Shown here in pieces: positions 37,498 through 45,482 of a stretch of DNA of 64,000 bases; the first letter of the stretch is position 1; each line of letters begins with the position of its first letter. The stretch spans positions 11,179 to 75,178 of the forward strand of contig CAZMSP010000001.1 in NCBI GenBank assembly GCA_964568985.1, given 5' to 3'. Below the pieces are notes generated by a model. It did not search any database, had not been told where the DNA came from, and saw only the letters and a program-made list of their open reading frames with translations. A program made the translations under genes and the position numbers. The stretch comes from an uncultured Pirellulales bacterium. GTDB lineage: Bacteria > Planctomycetota > Phycisphaerae > Sedimentisphaerales > Anaerobacaceae.

Positions 37498-38124
37498 GAT
37501 AACCTGCGTCTCGCCTGACAGCTCTTGTACGACCAGAACATCAGGTATCAGGTCGAGAAGTATGTCATCGTGGCTTGCCGCCAAGACAAATGTCACGCCT
37601 TTTCGTTTTGCAAATTTGTGTATATTGTGCGAAATCACAGCAGCGGTAATGCGGTCGAGGTTTGAGCAAAACTCATCTGCGAAAATAAATTTTTTACCCT
37701 CTGCAAGTGCCATCGCTATGCGGAACCGGTATTGTTGGCCTTCGCTGAGATTGGCCGGCTGATTGAGAATGCGGAAGACGTCGTTGAGACCTGCTGTGCT
37801 GAGTGTTCTAAGGCAGGAGAGAAAGTCACCATCAATACAATCGATGAGGGTTTTGTCTCTCGGAAGTTTTATTCGAGCGAGGTTCACTCTGTCTGATGCA
37901 GGGATTGATTTTTCCAGCTCACCCAACAGTACGCTTTTACCTGCACCCGATGGGCCGGTGATATAAACGATGTCACCATCGTTGATTTGAAGTCGGCAGT
38001 TAAAATTGATATGATTATTCTTGAGCCGGTCCACTGTCAGGCCGAACATCCTGCAAACCTGAGCGACCTTGTCGCTAATCCGTCCATTCCATTGAAAGCT
38101 TTTTGATATACTGTATGTCGGCAT
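37450..38124 (-). CDS. soluble ABC-type ATPase (no permease partner)
   Basis: Walker A GPSGAGKS, ABC signature LSEGQQ, Walker B FIFADEF. ATG 38124, with the ORF open to TTG 38148. Confidence 0.8.
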   Translation of the reverse strand: MPTYSISKSFQWNGRISDKVAQVCRMFGLTVDRLKNNHINFNCRLQINDGDIVYITGPSGAGKSVLLGELEKSIPASDRVNLARIKLPRDKTLIDCIDGDFLSCLRTLSTAGLNDVFRILNQPANLSEGQQYRFRIAMALAEGKKFIFADEFCSNLDRITAAVISHNIHKFAKRKGVTFVLAASHDDILLDLIPDVLVVQELSGETQVIYKKSEVRRQTMDDGR

Positions 38125-38174
38125 AGCTCCTACTTCATTATTTTTCAATCACGAAATATACAGATTTCACCGAT

Positions 38175-38717
38175 TTATTTTTTATTTTCTGCGGTTTCTT
38201 TTTTCTGGTCTTCTTTGTGGCTTTGTGTCTTCATGGCTAATATATGTTGTTGGATTTTTTTTATGATTTGTCGAGTTCGATGGTACGTCCATTGTCGTTT
38301 TGCTGCGATTTTTCTTATTGACAGGCCCAGCAGAAAGTACTCTTTTGCGATAATCATTTCGTTGGCGGTTAATTTGTCGCGGTTTCGTAGACAGGCGATA
38401 TATTTCCCATCTATCAGCCGTTCGATAATCCCGTTTATTCTTCGAGAGATGCTTGTCTCATCCATTCCAGCCAGCCGACCCATCTGACGAAAGCTATTGC
38501 TGTTGTCCAGATACATTGTCATCAGCAGTTTATCTTTTCCTTTGAGCAGATTCACCCTGTTGTGCAAAAGTTCGATTCTGTCGCGATAATCGGCCTTTGT
38601 TTTAAGCGTCTTTTGCGAGAGGTTATCGTGAATTTTTTCCGTCCCATTCTCTGTAGCACTGCGACTCGTGCTTCGCAGCGCTTCGCAGAGTAGCAAGGGT
38701 GAATTACGAACCATCAC
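38175..38717 (-). CDS. sigma-70 region-4/LuxR-like HTH regulator (two HTH segments)
   Basis: SFRQMGRLAGMDETSISRRINGIIERL and LSIRKIAAKRQWTYHRTRQIIKKI. GGAGG RBS. The N-terminal 25 codons are encoded by REP-like copy 38660-38697. Confidence 0.5.
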   Translation of the reverse strand: MMVRNSPLLLCEALRSTSRSATENGTEKIHDNLSQKTLKTKADYRDRIELLHNRVNLLKGKDKLLMTMYLDNSNSFRQMGRLAGMDETSISRRINGIIERLIDGKYIACLRNRDKLTANEMIIAKEYFLLGLSIRKIAAKRQWTYHRTRQIIKKIQQHILAMKTQSHKEDQKKETAENKK

Positions 38718-39025
38718 ACCTCAAATCCCCTCCCTTCTTGGCTGATTACCAACCCACAGTTTTCTTGCTCCTGCTTTTGCAGGGTTAAACCTGCCATGCT
38801 TATGGCGGGTAAACTTATCTCTGCAGAAGTGGGGAAGAAGGGGTGGTAGGTTTGTCTCGTCCAGTTCCGCCACTCGTCTCGGCGGAGGCTCGCCGCATCG
38901 GAGCGGGATAGGCTTCGTTGTAGGCGAGAGGTCTTCAAATGAGCTGGCGAAAGCTGTTTTGAAAAAAGCTGCATTTTTGACCTTCAATGCTATTGTTTGT
39001 TAAGTAATTACTAAACACCGATGAA

Positions 39026-39054
39026 ATATTAACATATTTTAGAACTTTGTCAAG
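39026..39054 (-). promoter_or_regulatory. sigma70-type promoter TTGACA-17-TAATAT facing the regulator/packaging operon
   Basis: On the minus strand, -35 is at 39049-39054 and -10 at 39026-39031. This implies a ~300-nt leader. Confidence 0.45.
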
Positions 39055-39068
39055 TATTTTGTAAGATT

Positions 39069-39098
39069 TTTTACAAATTTTTTTTAAAATTTGTAAAA
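39069..39098. promoter_or_regulatory. 13-bp perfect inverted repeat TTTTACAAATTTT-N4-AAAATTTGTAAAA
   Basis: Arms at 39069-39081 and 39086-39098, just upstream of the -35 box. It is AT-rich, so significance is modest. Confidence 0.35.
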
Positions 39099-39336
39099 TA
39101 GTGAATCTTTCGTTGATTTTTAGAGTTCTGTGTGATTTTTCAGCAGATATTTGGGTGTTTTAATGTTGGAGTTAAATAGAGAGTGGATAAGATGGTGCAA
39201 AAGCATCTTATAGTTGACAGGAGCAAAAACAGAGGGCAGATACGGCACTTCAATCTCAAGCTTTTTAATAGCTTAGCACAGTGGTGGCAAAAACTACAAA
39301 CCCCAGAAAACTCTGCGGCTGGGTATATAAAAGGAG

Positions 39337-39389
39337 AACAGGGCTGGGTGCGGAGGGAGAGGAAAAAGCGAGATATCCCCAGCCCTGTT
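39337..39389. repeat. hairpin AACAGGGCTGGG-N29-CCCAGCCCTGTT, related to 11584-11628
   Basis: 12-bp perfect stem. Its reverse complement aligns with the 11.6-kb hairpin (GAGAANAGGGCTGGNG..GGAGG). Confidence 0.5.
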
Positions 39390-39742
39390 GAATGCTTAAA
39401 AAATGGGTTTTATCAAATAACTCTTTTCAAATATACTAATTTTCAAAAGAATTTGTTCGTACCGGCGGAGATAATATTCATTGTAAATGACTAACTTAAA
39501 ACGTTTCCATTGAATACTCTCGCCATTATATAAAATAATTTTTACCTTATATCTTGTCAAGTATTATATCAAAAATATTTCACACAAAGTTCTTGTTGTC
39601 TGCAGAAAATCCGACAAGCCTAATTCCGGCCTATACTTACATTTCTGTAGCGATGTCTTACAAAAATTACAAAAAGCCGCTGACTCAGTCTTATCGGCAG
39701 AATCAGCAACTTTGCCGAAGGCTGGATATCAAAAACCCATTA

Positions 39743-39771
39743 TTGACGAAATAACTGCAGTGCACTATCAT
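39743..39771 (+). promoter_or_regulatory. candidate aspS promoter TTGACG-17-TATCAT
   Basis: -35 at 39743-39748 and -10 at 39766-39771. Confidence 0.3.
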
Positions 39772-39852
39772 AAAGACGCGTATAATATATGCTTATAAAG
39801 AACCTTAATTAGTAGATTCAAACACAGGGTACGGATTAAGAGAGATTTTACG

Positions 39853-41667
39853 ATGCTAAAAAGAACACATAATTGTGGACAGCTTCGGCTGGACGATGCC
39901 GGCAAAAAAGTAACACTGGCTGGCTGGGCTCAATCCTATCGCGACCACGGCAATCTGGTTTTCATTGATTTACGCGATAGATATGGCCTGACCCAACTTG
40001 TCTTTAATCCTGAGAGACATCCCGGTGCACACAAACCAGCGAGAGCAGTTCGTTGCGAGTGGGTAATAGCCGCTAAAGGCATTGTTCAGCTGAGAAGCGA
40101 AGGTATGGCAAATCCTAAGCTGCCAACAGGCCAAATCGAGGTGGCTGTCGAGCAACTGGAAATTCTAAATATCTCCAAAACACCGCCCTTTGAAATCGAT
40201 AGCGCCGAAAAAACGTCCGAGGAGCTTCGGCTGAAAAATCGCTACATTGACCTTCGTCGAACAGAAATGCAGCACAAACTGCACCTACGACATCGCGTAA
40301 CCAAAATTACGCGGGGCTATTTCGATGCGCTGGGCTTCTGGGAGATTGAAACGCCGATGCTGGCAAAAAGCACACCAGAAGGCGCAAGGGATTTCCTCGT
40401 ACCAAGCCGGTTGTTTCAGAACTGTTTCTATGCACTGCCTCAATCGCCGCAATTGTTTAAGCAAATCCTGATGGTAAGCGGCATCGATAAATACTTCCAG
40501 ATAGTTCGCTGCTTCCGCGATGAAGACCCACGGGCCGACAGGCAGGCAGAATTTACGCAGATTGACGTCGAGATGAGCTTTGTCGACAGTGACGATGTCA
40601 TCGGCGTACACGAAAATCTTGTAGCAAAAATTTGGAAACAGATTCTTGACGTGGATGTAAAGGTACCTATGCGGAGAGTATCTTACAAAGACGCAATGGC
40701 CGATTACGGCACCGATAGGCCAGACTTACGCTTCGATATGAAGCTAAAAGATATATCCGATATTGTAAAACAAAGTACATTCAAAGTATTTACAACGGTG
40801 GTTGAACAGGGCGGAGTCGTAAAGGGCCTTTGTGCACCCGGTGAAAAATACTCCAGAAGTGATATCGAAAAAACATTAACCAATTTTGTAGCCGATTACG
40901 GCGCTAAAGGCCTGGCTTGGACAAAGGTCAAAAGTGAAAACAACGGACTTTCACTTGCCGGCGGTTCCGCCAAGTTCTTTAGTCCCGAACAGCAACAGAA
41001 GATTATCGAACGCTTTGGCGCAAAAGACGGCGATATGCTTTTGTTCGTTGCAGATGAGTATGCAGCCGCCAACAAAGCCCTGGCGCCTCTGCGATGCAGG
41101 CTGGCGAGAGACCTGAAACTCTACGATGAGAATAAATTTGAATTTCTTTGGGTGGTGGACTTTCCACTGTTTGAATGGAATGAGGATGAAAAACGATATG
41201 ATTCTCTACATCATCCGTTTACCTCGCCGGTGCCCGAGGATATTGAAAAGCTCGATACAGATCCTGCCAATATCTGCTCCCAGGCATACGATATTATCGT
41301 CAATGGCTGCGAGATTGGCGGCGGCAGTATTCGTATCCACGACCCAGAGGTTCAGCAGAAGGTCTTTGGTCTGCTCAAAATCTCAAAACAGCAGGCTCGG
41401 CAGCGGTTTGGGTTCTTTTTGAAGGCTCTGGAATATGGCGCTCCACCGCACGGCGGCATTGCTCTCGGCCTGGACCGATTGATTATGCTGCTAACCGGCA
41501 CGGAAAATATAAGAGACGTAATTGCATTTCCAAAGACCCAGCGAGGTCAATGCCTTTTAACTGATGCGCCAAGTGAAGTGGACCAAAAACAGCTTGACGA
41601 GCTTAGCCTGCGAACGCAAAGGCACTCACACAAACCAGAGCAAAAAACTGACGAGCAAAAGCAATAA
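39853..41667 (+). CDS. aspS: aspartyl-tRNA synthetase
   Basis: 604 aa. Class II motifs (FRDEDPRADRQAEFTQID, GGGSIRIH, GIALGLDRL). OB-fold N-terminus. Confidence 0.95.
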   Translation: MLKRTHNCGQLRLDDAGKKVTLAGWAQSYRDHGNLVFIDLRDRYGLTQLVFNPERHPGAHKPARAVRCEWVIAAKGIVQLRSEGMANPKLPTGQIEVAVEQLEILNISKTPPFEIDSAEKTSEELRLKNRYIDLRRTEMQHKLHLRHRVTKITRGYFDALGFWEIETPMLAKSTPEGARDFLVPSRLFQNCFYALPQSPQLFKQILMVSGIDKYFQIVRCFRDEDPRADRQAEFTQIDVEMSFVDSDDVIGVHENLVAKIWKQILDVDVKVPMRRVSYKDAMADYGTDRPDLRFDMKLKDISDIVKQSTFKVFTTVVEQGGVVKGLCAPGEKYSRSDIEKTLTNFVADYGAKGLAWTKVKSENNGLSLAGGSAKFFSPEQQQKIIERFGAKDGDMLLFVADEYAAANKALAPLRCRLARDLKLYDENKFEFLWVVDFPLFEWNEDEKRYDSLHHPFTSPVPEDIEKLDTDPANICSQAYDIIVNGCEIGGGSIRIHDPEVQQKVFGLLKISKQQARQRFGFFLKALEYGAPPHGGIALGLDRLIMLLTGTENIRDVIAFPKTQRGQCLLTDAPSEVDQKQLDELSLRTQRHSHKPEQKTDEQKQ

Positions 41668-41679
41668 ATTGCGAAGGTT

Positions 41680-41759
41680 GTCATTGCGAGCGAAGCAAAG
41701 CAATCTATATTTAGCCCCACGTTTGGGACACCGCCTTGCGGGAACCCTTGAGCGGGGTT
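41680..41759. repeat. composite REP-like element: GTCATTGCGAGCGAAGCAAAGCAATCT + CCCCACGTTTGGGAC...GGGAACCCT..GGGGTT
   Basis: The second half recurs at 44693-44767 and the first half at 26191-26217. Confidence 0.7.
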
Positions 41760-41784
41760 TTGACCGTTTTTAAGCGTTGATACG

Positions 41785-43416
41785 ATGCGTCTTAATTTGA
41801 AACGTATTTGGCTGCGGATTTTGAAGTTACTGCGGTTATCGCCTCTTTCGCTGGCGAGAAAGTGTCAGCTGGCATTTGGGGCAGCGGTGGTCTTTGTCTT
41901 GGCTCTTGTTCTTCTTTTACTTTACATCTGGATGAATCAGCTTACAAAAAAGGCCACTCTGGACGCAGGGCGGGCTTCATCACAGATACTATTACGTCGA
42001 CATTTCCAGAGACAGCAAGTCGGCGAAACAACACTGCCGGTACTTGGTAATACCGGTGCCGTACTCGATGTAAACGATTTTGATTTGCTATGGATTTGCT
42101 TCACTAGCCAACAGGATAATAAGCAGCTTCAGACCCTGGCTGATGTGCAAAAGAAAATGGTCGACCTCTTAAAAGCTGACCAGAGCAGAGACGATAATGT
42201 TACTTTCGCCAGATATGATGGCCTGCTGTACAGTAATTACGTAAGAATTTTCAGAGCCACCGATAGCTGTATAAGCTGTCATAATCCGCAGGGTTCTGCC
42301 AGCCCTTTTAGCAAAAATGAGCCGATTGGCGCCGCGATTGTTCAGCGACCAGCCGATGAAATCAGCAAAACAACACTTATGAATCTTATCTGGATAATTG
42401 TCGCAGGTCTGATTGGCGGCACAGGGGCCATTGTCGCCTTTTATATGATAACCCAGCGGGTAATCCTTAGGCCAATCCGGCAGCTACGGGCGCTGGCCAA
42501 CAACGTCGCAGAAGGAAATCTCGATACAAGAAGCGCAATAAAAACTGGTGACGAATACGAGAAACTTGCCAACGCCTTTAACCATATGCTCGATGGCCTG
42601 CAGGTTGTCCAGGAGAAACTACGGCAGACAAACAAACAGCTTGATGACAAAATAGTCGAGCTTTCCGAGCGAAATATAGAACTTTTCAAGGCCAATAAAT
42701 TAAAGAGTGAATTTTTAGCAAATATCTCTCACGAGTTCAAAACGCCCTTAAATGCAATACTTGGCTTTGCACAAGTTCTGCGAGACAAAACCGGTTTTTT
42801 ACAAAAGGATAAAAACAAGAGGTACGCTGAAAATGTCATCTCCAGTGGCAATCGCCTGTTAAATATGATTAACGACCTGCTGGACTTGGCGAAGACCGAA
42901 GCCGGGAAAATCCAGCTAAATATTGAACAAACATTTATACGAGAGCTTATTAAAGATATCATCGCACAATTCTCTTTGCAGACCAAGAAAAAGAAAATCA
43001 AAGTCAAACTTGTTGTCGATGATGATATTCCAACACTCTTAACAGATGCCGGCAAGGTCCAGCAGATACTTTACAACTTTTTCAGCAACGCTGTTAAATT
43101 CACGCCAGAGCGGGGTAGAATTGAAGTTCGAGCCCGCCTGCGGCGGGAAGAAAACATGGTTCGCATTGCGGTTACCGATACCGGCTGTGGTATCGCCGAG
43201 TCCGACAAGGAAAAAATCTTTGAAAAGTTTCGGCAGGTTGACGGCTCTTTAACTCGCCAAACGGACGGCAGTGGCTTGGGCCTTACCATCAGCAGGGAAT
43301 TGGCAACTATGTTGGCTGGAAGTATCAGCCTGGAAAGCGAGCCGGGCAAGGGCTCAACCTTCTGGCTCGATATCCCCATTACACTTACCAAAGAACAAGA
43401 AACGCAGACCACCTAA
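41785..43416 (+). CDS. sensor histidine kinase with periplasmic CxxCH motif
   Basis: Two TM segments, a HAMP-like region, H-box SHEFKTPLNAILGF and HATPase boxes (NAVKFT, DTGCGI, GSGLGLTIS). CISCH is encoded at 42268-42282. Confidence 0.85.
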   Translation: MRLNLKRIWLRILKLLRLSPLSLARKCQLAFGAAVVFVLALVLLLLYIWMNQLTKKATLDAGRASSQILLRRHFQRQQVGETTLPVLGNTGAVLDVNDFDLLWICFTSQQDNKQLQTLADVQKKMVDLLKADQSRDDNVTFARYDGLLYSNYVRIFRATDSCISCHNPQGSASPFSKNEPIGAAIVQRPADEISKTTLMNLIWIIVAGLIGGTGAIVAFYMITQRVILRPIRQLRALANNVAEGNLDTRSAIKTGDEYEKLANAFNHMLDGLQVVQEKLRQTNKQLDDKIVELSERNIELFKANKLKSEFLANISHEFKTPLNAILGFAQVLRDKTGFLQKDKNKRYAENVISSGNRLLNMINDLLDLAKTEAGKIQLNIEQTFIRELIKDIIAQFSLQTKKKKIKVKLVVDDDIPTLLTDAGKVQQILYNFFSNAVKFTPERGRIEVRARLRREENMVRIAVTDTGCGIAESDKEKIFEKFRQVDGSLTRQTDGSGLGLTISRELATMLAGSISLESEPGKGSTFWLDIPITLTKEQETQTT

Positions 43417-43457
43417 CACCATAGAAATCAAAGAATTATAGTTAGCTATCTACCATT

Positions 43458-43547
43458 GTCATTATGAGGGAGCAAAGCGACCGAAGCAATCTCAATTTTT
43501 GAGCTTTTAAGATTGCCCGGCCTACATACGGCGGATATCGTGATGAC
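43458..43547. repeat. REP/MITE-like hairpin element (GTCATTATGAGGG...GAAGCAATCTC...GATTGCC...TCGTGATGAC)
   Basis: Same family as 26191-26273. Confidence 0.6.
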
Positions 43548-43712
43548 ACATAGACGCAATTTATACTATCTGAACGGTTAAAAGGATAAATCTTTGATTG
43601 TTTCTACCAAACCAGTATAATAATTCCGTACTAATTAGGCTTAGAAACAGTCGCAATCCGAGGGTAAGTGAGCATTTTTTGCTGAAGGAACAATTAGTAC
43701 GGGAGTGTGCTG

Positions 43713-44222
43713 ATGGGTAAAAAATTTGTAAGGGCGGTTTTCCCCGGCTCGTTTGACCCGATTACGAACGGCCATCTTGATGTTATCGAGCGTGGTATGA
43801 AGCTCTTCGATGAGCTTATAATCGCGGTTGGCAAAAGCCCTGTTAAAAACCAGCTCTTTACCCCCCAGGAACGGGTGGAAATGATAGAAGAAATCATTCG
43901 TCAAAGGCGGATGACCGGCGTCTCGGTCGAGAGTTTCGAGGGGCTGACGGTCGAATACGCCGCCAGAAAAAAGGCGGACGTCATTCTCAGAGGCCTGCGT
44001 TCCCTTACCGACGTTCAGTACGAGTTCCAGCTTGCTATGACCAATCGGGCTGTGGCTGGCATCGAAACTGTATTTATTATGACCAGTGAGCAGTATGGCT
44101 TTACAAGTTCGACATTGATACGTGAAGTGGCATCTCTGGGTGGTGACCTATCGAACCTCATTCCAGAAAACGTTCATAAGCATCTGAAACAGCGACTAAA
44201 AAAAGTCGCTCGTGACCCGTGA
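43713..44222 (+). CDS. coaD: phosphopantetheine adenylyltransferase
   Basis: FPGSFDPITNGHLD nucleotidyltransferase motif. About 170 aa. Confidence 0.9.
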   Translation: MGKKFVRAVFPGSFDPITNGHLDVIERGMKLFDELIIAVGKSPVKNQLFTPQERVEMIEEIIRQRRMTGVSVESFEGLTVEYAARKKADVILRGLRSLTDVQYEFQLAMTNRAVAGIETVFIMTSEQYGFTSSTLIREVASLGGDLSNLIPENVHKHLKQRLKKVARDP

Positions 44223-44259
44223 CTCAGGGGCATGAATTACAAGGGGCCAGTTACGAGAG

Positions 44260-44646
44260 ATGTTTACTATTAGTGTTGAAACGCACTTTTGGGCATCGCA
44301 TCGATTGACATCGCCAGATGGCTCGAAAGAACCTGAGCACCATCATAGCTGGTCGGTTACAGTTGATGTCAGCAGCAAAAAGCTTAACAGTATGGGGCTT
44401 GTGATGGATTTCGGCCAGCTTAAGGAGCTGATTTGCAACATCGTGGCCGAGTTTGATAATACGACGTTAGACAGCAATGATTATTTTCAGAAGAACAGTT
44501 CATCAGCTGAGAATGTAGCCAGATATATATATGAAAAACTGCGAGCCAAACTGCCTAAAGTTGTCATACTTCAAAGCGTCGAAGTTGTCGAAGAGCCGGG
44601 CTGTTCAGCAATATTCTCCAAGGATAAATCGGTCGAACAAAAATAA
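44260..44646 (+). CDS. queD: 6-carboxytetrahydropterin synthase / PTPS-family protein
   Basis: 128 aa. FWASHRL...EHHHSWSV PTPS-type motifs. Confidence 0.75.
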   Translation: MFTISVETHFWASHRLTSPDGSKEPEHHHSWSVTVDVSSKKLNSMGLVMDFGQLKELICNIVAEFDNTTLDSNDYFQKNSSSAENVARYIYEKLRAKLPKVVILQSVEVVEEPGCSAIFSKDKSVEQK

Positions 44647-44692
44647 AGTTTTTACGGCAGGCTAAATCTGCCGAAGGCGGATAAATATTTGA

Positions 44693-44767
44693 CCCCACGT
44701 TTGGGACTCCGACTTGCCTGTATCAGCTTGGCTGAGCCAAGACGGGCGGGAACCCTCACGTGGGGTT
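44693..44767. repeat. REP-like inverted element CCCCACGTTTGGGAC...GGGAACCCTCACGTGGGGTT
   Basis: The arms are imperfect reverse complements. A paralogue is at 41715-41759. Confidence 0.7.
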
Positions 44768-44889
44768 CTGCTCGCTCATAATTTTGCCGATATTTTTGAA
44801 AAACGATACAATAGTTTGCAGTTCCATCTTGCTTTTGATATAATAAGACTTTGGAGCCGAGTGCTCGTTTATCTCTGCGAGGATTTAGT

Positions 44890-45387
44890 ATGCAATGTCA
44901 GATTTGTAAAAAAAATGATGCGACTATTCATCTAACTGAGATTACCGACGGCAATCGAGAAGAAATGCACATTTGCGAGCAGTGTGCTGTCGAGCAGGGA
45001 ATAGCTGTCAAGAGTCATATTCCTATAAATGAGCTGCTCGGTGGCTTGCTTGCTGCCCAGCCATCAGACGATGATTTATCTGGCCAGCCGGGCCAGCAGG
45101 TTCAATGCCCATGCTGTGGCATAACGTTAGCTCAATTTCGCAAAGAGGCGGTCTTAGGATGCCCCTACGATTATGAGGTTTTTGAGAAATCGCTGCTACC
45201 ACTTATCAAGAAAGCACACAGTGGCAAGACAACCCACAGTGGCAAGCTCCCCTCAAAAACTCCGAAGGATACAAAAAAGCAGGTAGAACTTTTCAACCTT
45301 CGTAAACAGCTCGAAGCTGCTGTGCAAAGCGAGGACTACGAACTGGCAGCCAAATTGCGGGACAAAATAAACAAAATGGAATCTTGA
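44890..45387 (+). CDS. mcsA: McsA-like zinc-finger / UVR-motif protein
   Basis: Four CxxC pairs (CQIC, CEQC, CPCC ...). C-terminal UVR motif EDYELAAKLRDKI. Precedes mcsB. Confidence 0.75.
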   Translation: MQCQICKKNDATIHLTEITDGNREEMHICEQCAVEQGIAVKSHIPINELLGGLLAAQPSDDDLSGQPGQQVQCPCCGITLAQFRKEAVLGCPYDYEVFEKSLLPLIKKAHSGKTTHSGKLPSKTPKDTKKQVELFNLRKQLEAAVQSEDYELAAKLRDKINKMES

Positions 45388-45482
45388 TACTTGATTCTCC
45401 GCCGATAGGCATCCTGTGGAGATACTCGGCGAGCATCGAGGTTTATCCGCCGCAGGCGGAATCCAGCATTGAGAGACGAGAG
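45384..45482. repeat. intercistronic repeat cassette starting on the mcsA stop codon
   Basis: TGATACTTGATTCTC (45385-45399, identical to 55537-55551), then a TTATCCGCC hairpin, then NATCNAG words ending in gagagacgagagATG. Confidence 0.75.

Larger units (their letters stand above)
13551..38717 (-). mobile_element. phage-derived DNA-packaging/virion gene cluster (cryptic prophage or domesticated particle locus) with embedded cargo island
   Basis: Collinear minus-strand genes: regulator, ParB, TerS-like, TerL, portal, scaffold, major capsid and many virion ORFs. No integrase, tRNA or att repeat is visible at either border. Confidence 0.65.

Noticed and set aside
39183-39494. 103-aa plus-strand ORF in the AT-rich gap
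   Set aside because: It has no RBS and a low-complexity AT-rich composition. It contains the 12-bp-stem hairpin at 39337-39389 and shows no recognisable motif. It is more likely non-coding.
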